A DNA stretch of 64,000 bases from a virus. The position numbers were made by a program, and so were the translations under genes. Below the pieces are notes generated by a model that saw nothing but the letters and a program-made list of their open reading frames with translations, was not told the DNA's origin and did no database searches. The stretch is taken from positions 64,001 to 128,000 of IMG/VR virus record IMGVR_UViG_3300027668_002455; one strand, 5' to 3'. Shown here in pieces: positions 47,401-55,522 of the stretch (its first letter is position 1; the number at the start of each line of letters is the position of its first letter).

Positions 47401-50158
47401 TGGTCCCCCTTGGATTAGCCGTCTGCGTGCGTATCGAAAAAGCTTGTGCATTAGTACGCTCAAGTGGTGGATTTGGTACGGACGACTGTCTTTGCATGGT
47501 ATTCGGGCGAGGCTCAACCTGCGGAGCTAGAGAGATACGCCTATAACCAAGTGGAGCATTTTCTACCTCGGTTCTGCTACGCGCATATCTAGGCGCACCG
47601 TTTTCCCAAATTGTCGCCTGTGTCCAAAGCCCCCCCATAGAATACCATTTTATCGCATCGAAGATACCGATACTCCCACGGAGATTAACGCGGTTGCCCG
47701 CGTTATTCCTATAAGGTCGCTGAACTGAAGATATTCTGTGTTCTCCAAGAGTGCTAGATGTTATGGGTACTGAGGGGATAGTCGAGCATATCTGCGGTCC
47801 CTGCGATGGGGGATAGGGCCACGTACCGGGCATTTCCCGCACCACTGATTGTTGACCATATAAATTAGTTTGCTCGGAGTTAACTAGTGGCCCAAACGCG
47901 GGCGGCGTTGGAACAGGTTTCTCACTAGACTCTGACTCCCACGGGGGAGGAGATTCCCCACCGGGACCCGGAGGTTGATTACCACCACCGCCCCCTTGAT
48001 CATCACAGTCTTGAGAGTAAGGGTCACAGGGCGGAACCGGTTCGGCGTACGGGGGTTCGTTGGGCGGGTTTCCCGTCGGACAAATCGGTGGCTGTGGAGG
48101 GCCACCCGGCGATGTTGGTGGATGACCAGCGGAAGCTGCCGCCATTTGTACACACGGGTTATTATCATATCTTCCAGAAGCTGCCGTTCTATCAATATTG
48201 TTAAAATTAGTATTTCCAGCCAGCCCCGATGATAACACTTGCGTGGTAAGAAAACAATTAATCAGATCAGGTTGAAAATTAGGAGAATTGACATCCAAAT
48301 ATTCCCAGTGACCGCTAAAATAAAACAAGAACGCCTGCTCACAACCACTTAGGTAGTAAAGCGGAGAATCCCCCCTATCCTTCTTCGCTTGATAATCTTC
48401 CATGCAGGTTTGAACATTAGGGCCTGCTGTTGGATACCAAACACTTATAGGTGCAGGGTCGATCCCTGTGATTTCACACCCCGAAATTCCGCTCATGTAC
48501 CAATTCTGCACCGCGCTATTAACTGGGCGATAACCTAAATTACTTGAAACATTCGGCATCATCATTGAGTCAGATGAACCCTCATTGACAAGTACCCCGC
48601 TACTGTATGTAACCCCCGTCATTATGCCGCTCTCTAGAAGGCCAGTTATAGGGATATTAATATACCCACTTGGTCGTACCACAATACCCGAAATATAACC
48701 TGTAATTACGCCCGTGCCTGAAGCTAATCCGGTTACTACATAACCACTAAACCCCGTATCTAAAACAGTATTGAAACCAGTAACACCGCTTATTGCACCG
48801 CTGATCCCACTTGATAAATATCCGGTCTGGGTCATCATTCGCGGCTCGGACCCCACAGAAAAAACCTGTTCGGAACAGTTGCCCCAACACCCTGTGGTCT
48901 TATATACTCCAGAGTCATAGTTGCCTGTCTCTAAAAGATAGTGGGGCCAGAGACCTATACTATTATTTGTGACACCCGCTTGCATGCGTGTTGTCTCTGG
49001 GGCAAAAGGAGAAACATAATATTTATTATCAGAAATATAATAACCTGTTAATTCTCCATCAATATTTTCATTTTGTTTAATTCTAATGGGCCCAGTTCTA
49101 GCTGTGGCAGGGGTGTATCCTGTTAAGGCAAAAATCTCTGCGCCCGACTTAGGAAGAAACAGTCCAGTTGCTCCCTCTCCAGCAAACGCTACTAGATAAC
49201 CAGCTTCATCATCATAAGTTCCAGTAGTATTTAAAAATTGTCCCTGTGTCCAGTGCATCAATTCGGGTAAAAAATACCTACCCGATATCGTCATTGCTCT
49301 TCCTGAAAAACCTATACCATTGTTACAATCATCCTCTGGAAACCAAGTGCATCCAGTAATTTTTATACTCGGTTTAATTTTTCCTACAGAAGGTTGGCTT
49401 TTTAAATTTCCGCTTGAAAGAATCTGAACGTGACCGTAAAAATTTCCAGATGGTAACGTAAAACTAATTCCTGTATTATTAATTTTTTCAAAGGGTAGAT
49501 AAACAGTAACATCGCCCGTAGTATTAGCATAAACACCCGTTACAGATTGATATATAAAAATATTATTAGTGTTGTCTCCTGTAAATCCAACCCCAGTTAC
49601 CCCCGTCGGTTCTTGCCAATAACCTGATTCATTTTGAGTAAAACCAGTGGTACTCAATAAGGCTAAACCGCTAGCAGATAAAAGGCCATCTCCCACTACA
49701 TAAGCTGTGTCCCCCGATATACCTGAAAGTGGACTCAGATAATTAATCATCGGTATAGCAGTGAAACGTTCTCCACTAATTCCGGAGGCATACCCAGTAA
49801 CGTTTCTGGATGTAGAGATTACCGTGATGGGGGCCGGATAACCATATTTAACCCATTGATCTTTTGGCTGTAATCCGGTTATGGTGTCAATAGAGGGAAC
49901 GGTAAATTGTATTGTATTTTTGTTTACAACTTCATACTCAGCCGAAGTTCCACTTACTAGAATATTTAATCCACCATAGACAGCATTCCCAGTTGGGTCA
50001 CCCGAAGCTCCCGAAGCTAGTCCAGTAGGTGCCCATCCTGTTATGCCACTAGTATAAACTCCGCCAACCCTAACATCATTAATCTTAAAGAATTTACTAC
50101 CCGAGCCAGAGATTGTAACTTGGCTTTTGAGATTTCCAGTTGGAGGAAGAATTACCAT
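41477..50158 (-). CDS. Giant (2893 aa) virion structural protein with IPT/TIG repeats, LamG domains and a Pro-rich region
   Basis: F.P..G..G..V...G IPT starts; FT.E.W.KP and WNHVA LamG motifs. Confidence 0.8.
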   Translation of the reverse strand: MVILPPTGNLKSQVTISGSGSKFFKINDVRVGGVYTSGITGWAPTGLASGASGDPTGNAVYGGLNILVSGTSAEYEVVNKNTIQFTVPSIDTITGLQPKDQWVKYGYPAPITVISTSRNVTGYASGISGERFTAIPMINYLSPLSGISGDTAYVVGDGLLSASGLALLSTTGFTQNESGYWQEPTGVTGVGFTGDNTNNIFIYQSVTGVYANTTGDVTVYLPFEKINNTGISFTLPSGNFYGHVQILSSGNLKSQPSVGKIKPSIKITGCTWFPEDDCNNGIGFSGRAMTISGRYFLPELMHWTQGQFLNTTGTYDDEAGYLVAFAGEGATGLFLPKSGAEIFALTGYTPATARTGPIRIKQNENIDGELTGYYISDNKYYVSPFAPETTRMQAGVTNNSIGLWPHYLLETGNYDSGVYKTTGCWGNCSEQVFSVGSEPRMMTQTGYLSSGISGAISGVTGFNTVLDTGFSGYVVTGLASGTGVITGYISGIVVRPSGYINIPITGLLESGIMTGVTYSSGVLVNEGSSDSMMMPNVSSNLGYRPVNSAVQNWYMSGISGCEITGIDPAPISVWYPTAGPNVQTCMEDYQAKKDRGDSPLYYLSGCEQAFLFYFSGHWEYLDVNSPNFQPDLINCFLTTQVLSSGLAGNTNFNNIDRTAASGRYDNNPCVQMAAASAGHPPTSPGGPPQPPICPTGNPPNEPPYAEPVPPCDPYSQDCDDQGGGGGNQPPGPGGESPPPWESESSEKPVPTPPAFGPLVNSEQTNLYGQQSVVREMPGTWPYPPSQGPQICSTIPSVPITSSTLGEHRISSVQRPYRNNAGNRVNLRGSIGIFDAIKWYSMGGLWTQATIWENGAPRYARSRTEVENAPLGYRRISLAPQVEPRPNTMQRQSSVPNPPLERTNAQAFSIRTQTANPRGTSNTSNCGGSRPGTHSSYPPPGGGPAIQTIDPNFPGTHESPGLQPPLPRNNQPEPQNPGSTVSAEGVSRGGSRSLGSVLFRPGESMTVPRVGSAGPEGLTQDPTVGGRILMGGRIVSCSTAQNPFTTTTVGGSNGTGVISAPVQFPLCWPPESYQQQLPVGLGNPGLNPSSPPFITVRIPSVTSFGYPKTGPILLPPVNGPWNGQPIGTQGSPKPGQPPAPRGPIFLPPEEGTCGVPNHCIEGHASFPDGCDQPPVQTFSGVTTEQGISGFYILPDPELTSCDANQCYGHALYTGSTGYTLYDQNIVSSGVVYEFTEVPHNIWNPQTALNAIFYGFSGIESEATGAFFPTGGEQNFEVNSSGSLRFRGGYLQTEASSGLDLSKEDSWSVEFWINPAIDHTGLEHNPYHSKDIALFGFSGEYTGVSGNSFFHVGYTRESGTAGITNTIKPYVNLSGIQLESKYLWTGWFPQSGYNHCAVVKDVTGYSFHYNGCRYGDIIPTGLIDPHLPQGRTKFYFGGLCTGNFDSFNTGYNQCFSPSITGSPDVPGRLIRTDLQLGLEGNFVDSGKYSQTITTGGFPLFVNDNPKCGSQSLLVTGIDYIQTTGSNFNYGTGDFTVECWMKPSGATQGLGVGGNGMQTLWVLGQSNNNFATGNGLAFILNNYTNRFRLCFDYENPNLSFDLIPPYNDVHFKKGEWNHVALCRENTDFFTYINGEPAGALQTEDFAANHNTRNIYTGMPVIDATGQQVFLGGGVSGHLSYHKVDDTGLLWESQPCKFFPRYSTTSGLVDINFLSPERENITSSFSNSFMDTTSGGYEYTVQEGAAVECQATVVARWGGNQMHTTHQRQPVYPWIGQVSNITTNWIYNRYGSTGTTGTYENAQSFPIGFRMNRAAGAAHHTYKHGALGTEADYGIPNFSHRVDEKNRSAYGTNACFVEQIITSIITGVTKGDKINFYCPQWGNTVHGQPDIGEVAASIDKIAGGFGGSHMNPGYGNEVFIKQLIFKECPLVSYHGQVDQFIISSGSKYTSLPKTGTYDSGWLNSDLGERVYIDEINVTKRAVFSPYNGKYTKPASAITSGVYTDAMLNFEIPSDPSNIIADGITGDSQYARVFTTTSVSSPANNIEFATGEGKFGTYALRFPTGSRTYNRANTLVAQNITLGVEDFTAEMWIKPSGTAYSTTLTGAPVDNGIKRQTLLSFGTTGSGFNFFLSGGDGEQALGIDLFNGGRITGLRPDYTTGSSGEFSPGIPTDRLFAFTTNSTQSSGSYFGYWNSGDWNHVAFTRQDRDVKAYVNGYFAGMINYSGIALEYSTSAYVSTGIAGVTLGSGLDIQSGPLTLGGGSLDAIGYEGLMDGFNLETGYAKYTGVFVAPRPFVSCHHRNELVCHADGPHYAHYFFDSHCCPTGGKILAWGDSLTVEGLYFFDITGVLVGDNRTPAEDWFRSDQTSLHVTVPAESVSGPITIVGTGFAPVTGCTFEIEAPQMKIIRFTPISGYPNEVVSVYGQSLDLAQKLYLSGFSEDRVLLPFTGVGTTGINFSIPSSGAPYTPIQLFSQTGMQMSTGLLNILTSGIRSFIPLTGVYGETVSFSGNNFEPDVDIVLFPAYQGEDISSSSYVQTRYVSGMDITYIDNTGIEAKVPHELVKGKPIISGWNDTDQPIKAPMEFTPMPTISGIETVKTQVGCQFRITGINASHLVPLLGFTGNSLQPYTAGDGVVEFVANTGDSHAMRNNTYPPISEIGIDRHNSGNYSKYFYFGKFELDKTHIDASAGYVTGYTVITGTFNDQVVGTGNPFLISRHEIFNNELGYTFDDYNSESGVDIDLLRQDFIQLRETYALQNVSKITGDQTTISGRIPVMIGVTPTRGDGGVQLHISGRNALNVTGIKFIADSDASAECHMDSGVFIPQTTVIPSHDPNAMTQTTETITGWHFNSVYTGDGGYIDVGSQVQLFKIYPCEELRNFGSVSIELMYDSGICITGAS

Positions 50159-50161
50159 TTT

Positions 50162-51319
50162 TTAGAATCCTCCATCTTGTACTGTGAATATGCCGGGCAT
50201 GCCGTCTCCGTAGTTTGTGGCGGCTCCCAATTTTGCATCACCACCGGGGGACTTTAAGCCCACTCGACAGGTAATGGCCTCATCCGGTATGGTCGTAACA
50301 ATTGTGGTTGGGGTATGTGTCGTAAAGTGAGTGTACTCTCTTTTTTCATCTCCGAAAGTTACTTCTGTTACATTTTCTAAAGCGGCTCCTGAAATAGTTA
50401 TAGTTGCCCCCACTACTCCAGCAGTCGGAGTAAAGGAAGTAATTGCCGGGGCATTCTGATATTTTTCTTGGCTTAATGAAAGGGTGGTGGTAATTTTTTC
50501 ACCTGCTGTTACATTTATGTTATGTGCTTTTAAGGCTCCTCGGATTTTATAAGACTGCCCCGTAATGCCATTTGAATTACTAAAACCAACAAGCAATTCT
50601 CCCTCGGCTATTCCACTAAAAAATTTATCATTTAAATAATTTTGTTGCTCTGTATCACTAGTGAAGTCACCTACCCCTTCGTCCCACGAAGGTAAGGCAT
50701 AGCCATTGATGCTGGCGTCAATAGTTTTCTTATTAAATCGCAACTCTCTAGGTACTGCGTCTCCGACTGTATAAACTGGTTGCACATTACTTGAGAAAGA
50801 AAAAGAAACACTAGTGGAAGCTTTGACCTGTTCGGTTTCTCCATCCTCGTGAGGGGTTACTCCGGAGATTTGTGTTAATTTACAATCGGTGTAAGTTAAG
50901 ATATCTGCGTCTAGAGTTTCTCGAGTGGGGGCAAACCTCCCCCTAAGGCCTCCATAAAAAGCAATAGTAGCACTAATCATAGCAGGGCCAAATGGAGGGA
51001 CCTCAAAAGAGTAGCTATTTAGAACCCCGCTTGAAAAAGAAAGTCCAGCAAAATTTCCAGATATGAGATTATCAGACTCCATGAAGTTGGCCAGAAAATC
51101 TTCCCCTGTTAGATAATAACTTAAGGAAAGGTTTCCGTCGATTCCCCCTCCAGCTAGATAACCAAAGCTACTTCGATTAGGTAGGAGGTCAATTGCTTTT
51201 AGGTTATTAGTTAAAGAAATTGCTAAATTTTCGACATAGATTGGAACTGCTGCACCCCAAGACCCCCCGGCATAGCTCGCTAGCTCTAATTTGGCATTAT
51301 TATAATTATAATAAGACAT
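50162..51319 (-). CDS. Tail structural protein (tail-tube-like fold suspected) with C-terminal IPT/TIG domain
   Basis: Beta-rich duplicated N-terminal part; PAITSFTPTAGVVGATITISG IPT motif; minus-strand GTGTAA upstream (51349-51354). Confidence 0.55.
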   Translation of the reverse strand: MSYYNYNNAKLELASYAGGSWGAAVPIYVENLAISLTNNLKAIDLLPNRSSFGYLAGGGIDGNLSLSYYLTGEDFLANFMESDNLISGNFAGLSFSSGVLNSYSFEVPPFGPAMISATIAFYGGLRGRFAPTRETLDADILTYTDCKLTQISGVTPHEDGETEQVKASTSVSFSFSSNVQPVYTVGDAVPRELRFNKKTIDASINGYALPSWDEGVGDFTSDTEQQNYLNDKFFSGIAEGELLVGFSNSNGITGQSYKIRGALKAHNINVTAGEKITTTLSLSQEKYQNAPAITSFTPTAGVVGATITISGAALENVTEVTFGDEKREYTHFTTHTPTTIVTTIPDEAITCRVGLKSPGGDAKLGAATNYGDGMPGIFTVQDGGF

Positions 51320-51357
51320 TCTTCCTTTTAACCTTTTACCTTAATAAATTACACATT

Positions 51358-52140
51358 TTACACCAAAAGTTCTTCTTTTAAATTCTTATATTTCGTTAAC
51401 TCCTTTTTTTGCCGATCTACGTCCCAAGGTCTCGAAACTGTTCCATTTCTTACGTTATAGTAGCAAGCGATGACACTATCTACGGGTACCGTTTTAATTC
51501 CTGAAGACTTAAACTCATCCCATAAGAACATATCTTCGTGAGCATCCATTCCTTCATAAAATAACTGCCCATCATCTGGGATTATATCTGCATGCATTAA
51601 GGTGGTCCACGGGCCATATTTGCCTGTTTTTATGGAATCTGTAGCTTTTCTTAAATTTTTTTCACCGTTTTTACAGTGATACCAGCTTCCAACTAGGAAT
51701 CCCTCATTAAGCTCTCGGGCTATCTCGGGCAGAGCAAGGGCTCTTTCTTGGGTAAAAAAATCATCTGCATCTGCTAAAAATACAGCTGGATAATCTTCTT
51801 TATACCCTAAAGTCTTCTCAATTATTCTATTTTTGGCTCCCGCCACTGTTTGTGCCTTTTTAAATTTAAATAGATTAAATTCTTTTGCAGAGCTATATTG
51901 TGAAAAAAAATTAACTATTTTATAAGTATCATCATCACTTTCATCATCAGCAAAGTGCATGACCCAATCCAGATTTTTCATAGCATTCTCAATAGAATTA
52001 AGAACAATTGGCAACCAATCCGAGGCATTTCTCGCGGAAATCACTACTTGACAACCTCTTTTTTCCCATAAATTTTTATTTTTAATTTTCTGGGCTTTTT
52101 GTTGGAAAATTTTCTGCCTCTCTGCCACACTCCGGATCAT
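51358..52140 (-). CDS. GT2 glycosyltransferase inside the tail gene cluster
   Basis: VVISARN, DDESDDDT, AGAKN, DADD, HED motifs. Confidence 0.8.
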   Translation of the reverse strand: MIRSVAERQKIFQQKAQKIKNKNLWEKRGCQVVISARNASDWLPIVLNSIENAMKNLDWVMHFADDESDDDTYKIVNFFSQYSSAKEFNLFKFKKAQTVAGAKNRIIEKTLGYKEDYPAVFLADADDFFTQERALALPEIARELNEGFLVGSWYHCKNGEKNLRKATDSIKTGKYGPWTTLMHADIIPDDGQLFYEGMDAHEDMFLWDEFKSSGIKTVPVDSVIACYYNVRNGTVSRPWDVDRQKKELTKYKNLKEELLV

Positions 52141-52178
52141 TATTATAATAATAATTTTTCGAAAAATGACTAGAAAAA

Positions 52179-52184
52179 GTGTAA
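52179..52184 (+). promoter_or_regulatory. GTGTAA motif upstream of tail tip operon
   Basis: In the divergent intergenic gap, 21 nt before ATG 52206. Confidence 0.55.
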
Positions 52185-52205
52185 AACATAGAAGGGATAA
52201 GGTAT

Positions 52206-52736
52206 ATGGCATCAATATATGACACTATAGCTCGGTGGTACACAGAAAATACTTATGTAAAAAACCACATTGTAGAATGGCCAGAGAATTCAAATGATTA
52301 CTGGTACTCTCTAGAAGATAGTAATAAGAGCAACGAGCCGAGCATCGGATCGCCAGTTTGGGGCGGATTCGGGACTACGGACATCCTTGGTATAACAAAG
52401 CCACAATTCTTTTGGCCCTGCTCCTATAACCAAAGTACGTCAATTTCACCTCGTGTTTTAACCATTCGATATGGTGACGGATATACCCAAAGAATTCCTG
52501 ATGGTATTAATAACAATCTATTAAATTTAGAGTTGTCTTTTGATGGGAGAGATGAACAAGAAACTTTAGCTATTATCCATTTTTTAAACGTACGTCGAGC
52601 CTCAGAGGCTTTTCTTTATACTCCACCAGCGCCCTTTGCAACGGAAAGGCTCTTCGTATGCAAAAAAATAACTTCAGCAGTAATCTTTCGCGATAATTTT
52701 AATATAAAAGTTTCTTTTGAAGAAGTTCCGGATTAG
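52206..52736 (+). CDS. Minor tail protein, lambda gpM-like (distal tail)
   Basis: YGDGYTQRIPDGINN, I..FL, AF.YTPP, F.EV. Confidence 0.85.
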   Translation: MASIYDTIARWYTENTYVKNHIVEWPENSNDYWYSLEDSNKSNEPSIGSPVWGGFGTTDILGITKPQFFWPCSYNQSTSISPRVLTIRYGDGYTQRIPDGINNNLLNLELSFDGRDEQETLAIIHFLNVRRASEAFLYTPPAPFATERLFVCKKITSAVIFRDNFNIKVSFEEVPD

Positions 52737-52740
52737 CATT

Positions 52741-53949
52741 ATGGCTGAAGAATTTGTTAATCCTAAAAATGATAGCGGTGGCGCGGTGATTTCAAAATCA
52801 CAGGCGCAAACGGCCATGAAGAACTTGCAGGCGGAAGCCACCTCTTTATCGCCCACTGCTTTAATAGAATTATTTGAAATAGATTTAAGTGATATACTTA
52901 GTCCTGATAAACTAATAGATCGAGAAGAATTTAATGCATTAAATGTATTTCTGGGAGGCTCGCTAGAAGTGAATATACATAATCCCGAAATAAATTTATT
53001 TAGATTTCATAATAACTTAAAATTAATTTCAAGAAATATTTGGTTTCAAGATAACCTATATAAAGCTATACCCATACAAGCGGATGGCTTTGAAATGAAC
53101 TCTAATGGTGTAGCCGCTACCCCCAAGCTAAGCTTAAGTGTTAGCACGGAAAAAAGTCCACCTCAATTTGCTATTTTTAAACATCTTCTTAAAGATCTTA
53201 ATGATCTAGTGGGCGCTCGGGTAAACCGTATAAGAACTTTTGCAAAGTTTTTAGATTATAAAAATTGGTATGAATTAAAAGCAGACGGAACTCCCGATCT
53301 AAATAAAAGACTATATGAAGATATTCCTAAGAATATTGCTCCAGATGAAGGCTCTTATTTCCCCCCGGATGTTTTTTATATAGATAGAAAATCACACGAA
53401 GATAAATCATCTATCCAATTTGAATTAGCTTCTTTTATTAATTTTGAAGAGCTTCAAATTCCACAAAGAATTTTTAACGTGACCCGATGTCCATGGACGT
53501 ACCGGGGACAGGGGTGTACTTACGAGTATTCCAGCATGGTAAGGGCACAACGAACTTCAGAGCCATTTCAGATGTTTTACAAGACGATGATACCAACAAA
53601 CGCTCCTCCTATAGCTACAGAAAATAATGAAACTATTTCAAGCATTGTAGAGGGATACACCCCCGAAACAACAAATACCCCCGTGCCGTGGGAGCCGGCT
53701 CTTAAATATCCCAAAAAAAGCACTGTCTATGTAACCCATAACAAAATAAATTATTATTTTGTTTCGTCCGCAGATGTACCCGAAAACACACCACCCCCTG
53801 ATAAAGATTATTGGGTAGCAGATGTGTGTGCAAAAGATCTGGGGGCATGTAAGTTAAGGTGGGACAAGAAACTCAACACTGCCCTACAAGGAAGCCCATA
53901 TGGCGCCGCAATTCCTTTTGGCGGTTTTCCAGCAATTAAGCGTCAGTAA
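52741..53949 (+). CDS. Minor tail protein, lambda gpL-like
   Basis: IELFEID, PIQADGFE, R.RTFAKFLD, CPWTYRGQGC, DVCAK.L.ACK.R, PFGGFP. Confidence 0.9.
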   Translation: MAEEFVNPKNDSGGAVISKSQAQTAMKNLQAEATSLSPTALIELFEIDLSDILSPDKLIDREEFNALNVFLGGSLEVNIHNPEINLFRFHNNLKLISRNIWFQDNLYKAIPIQADGFEMNSNGVAATPKLSLSVSTEKSPPQFAIFKHLLKDLNDLVGARVNRIRTFAKFLDYKNWYELKADGTPDLNKRLYEDIPKNIAPDEGSYFPPDVFYIDRKSHEDKSSIQFELASFINFEELQIPQRIFNVTRCPWTYRGQGCTYEYSSMVRAQRTSEPFQMFYKTMIPTNAPPIATENNETISSIVEGYTPETTNTPVPWEPALKYPKKSTVYVTHNKINYYFVSSADVPENTPPPDKDYWVADVCAKDLGACKLRWDKKLNTALQGSPYGAAIPFGGFPAIKRQ

Positions 53950-53950
53950 A

Positions 53951-54703
53951 ATGATACTCACAAAAAAAAATAAAGAGAAAATAAAAAAACATGCCCGCGA
54001 GGAAAGCCCCCGGGAATGTTGCGGGGTATTAGTGTCTACTAACAAGGGTACTGAAGCGCACCCGTGCATTAATACCTCTTCTTTGCCTGAGTCTAATTTT
54101 AGAGTTTCTCCACGAGATTATATAAAATTTTCTAATTATGGAAAAATAGAAGCCATCTATCATTCTCACCCGTCAGGGAAAGGAGGCTTCTCCTTGGGAG
54201 ATCAACAAAATTATACAGTAAATAAAGAAAGATTTATATTATATAATATAGAAAGTGATGAATTTTTTGATTCACTAGAAGAAGGGGCATCTCCTTACTT
54301 AGGGAGAGACTTCGAACTTGGAAAAACGGATTGTATAAATATAGTTATAGACTATTATTTAAATGAACTTAAAATAAAAAGCAACTACGACGAATGTTGG
54401 CCCGGACCAAAACACTATATTAAGAAAAACGGTTCCTCCAATGTAAAAAAAGTTGTTCGTTCAATTGAAAAAGTATGGAGTGTAGGACGTATTAAAAAAT
54501 CAGAAACTCCGCGCAAACATGATATTATTTTGTATAAGGCTGACGGCATAAGGTCGGAAGTAGGGCTGCATTTAGGCGTTTGTATAGGCCACGGAAAAAT
54601 TATTATTCAACCAGTTGATAAAAAATCATGCCTAATTGATTATGAAGGATTTCTAAAGAAAAAAACAATTATGATATTTAGACCAAATTCTGCAAATGAA
54701 TAA
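53951..54703 (+). CDS. Tail assembly protein, lambda gpK-like (JAB + NlpC/P60)
   Basis: P.ECCG, YHSHP....S..D, GRDF..G.TDC, HLGV. Confidence 0.88.
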   Translation: MILTKKNKEKIKKHAREESPRECCGVLVSTNKGTEAHPCINTSSLPESNFRVSPRDYIKFSNYGKIEAIYHSHPSGKGGFSLGDQQNYTVNKERFILYNIESDEFFDSLEEGASPYLGRDFELGKTDCINIVIDYYLNELKIKSNYDECWPGPKHYIKKNGSSNVKKVVRSIEKVWSVGRIKKSETPRKHDIILYKADGIRSEVGLHLGVCIGHGKIIIQPVDKKSCLIDYEGFLKKKTIMIFRPNSANE

Positions 54704-55493
54704 ATTAGTAAAAATAAAAATGCATGGCATTTTTGGCGAAAGAATCGGAAAGGAATTCAATTTAGCGGTGAAGTCTGTTCCAGAAGCCTTTCATGCTATC
54801 AATACGATAACAAATGGCGCTTGGCAAAGATTTCAGTGCGATATGGTTAACGACTCTCTAAAGTATAACATCTTAGTTAACGAAAAAGAATTAAATTTAA
54901 ATGAACTAGATAACTTAGATTCAAATAGTACAAGGGAAGATGAAAATATCAATTTAATAAAAAACTCTGAATTAAACTTGATCCCTAAAGAGGGTTTAAA
55001 ATCTATAGATATAGTGCCCAGTGTTGAGGGCCAAATGGGCTGGATTGCTGCCACGATTGCTCTTATCATAATAACGACAATAATCACACTAGCATTAATG
55101 AAGCCCCCAGCGTTTAAGAGCTTTAAGGAAATTGAAGACACAAAAAAGGGGTCATCTTACCTTTTTGATGGTCCCAAAAATACAGTAAACGAAGGGGGGC
55201 CAATTCCGCTTGGCTATGGAAGAGTTATGGCGGGATCTCAAGTTATAGCTCAGAGTTATTCGGTTTACCATCAAGACGCCACTGATAGCTCTCTAGATTC
55301 AAACGGAGCACCGACACCAATACAAGGTTATGATGCCTATGATGAAACGGAGCTTTGGGAGAATATGGGGTATCCCGGCATCTTTAATATGACGTCATAT
55401 TTAGAGGCAAAAAATCTAAACAAACCTTTTCTAGGGGAATATGATCCCAATGCCCTTGGTACACGGATCGGAAAAAAATTTATTGGTCTTTAG
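54696..55493 (+). CDS. Tail assembly protein, lambda gpI-like
   Basis: L.VKS..EA, IVP.VEG, hydrophobic stretch, SYLFDGP.NT..EG.PIPLGYGR. Confidence 0.88.
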   Translation: MNKLVKIKMHGIFGERIGKEFNLAVKSVPEAFHAINTITNGAWQRFQCDMVNDSLKYNILVNEKELNLNELDNLDSNSTREDENINLIKNSELNLIPKEGLKSIDIVPSVEGQMGWIAATIALIIITTIITLALMKPPAFKSFKEIEDTKKGSSYLFDGPKNTVNEGGPIPLGYGRVMAGSQVIAQSYSVYHQDATDSSLDSNGAPTPIQGYDAYDETELWENMGYPGIFNMTSYLEAKNLNKPFLGEYDPNALGTRIGKKFIGL

Positions 55494-55522
55494 ACTAAAA
55501 AATATAATAAGGAATTTAACAA

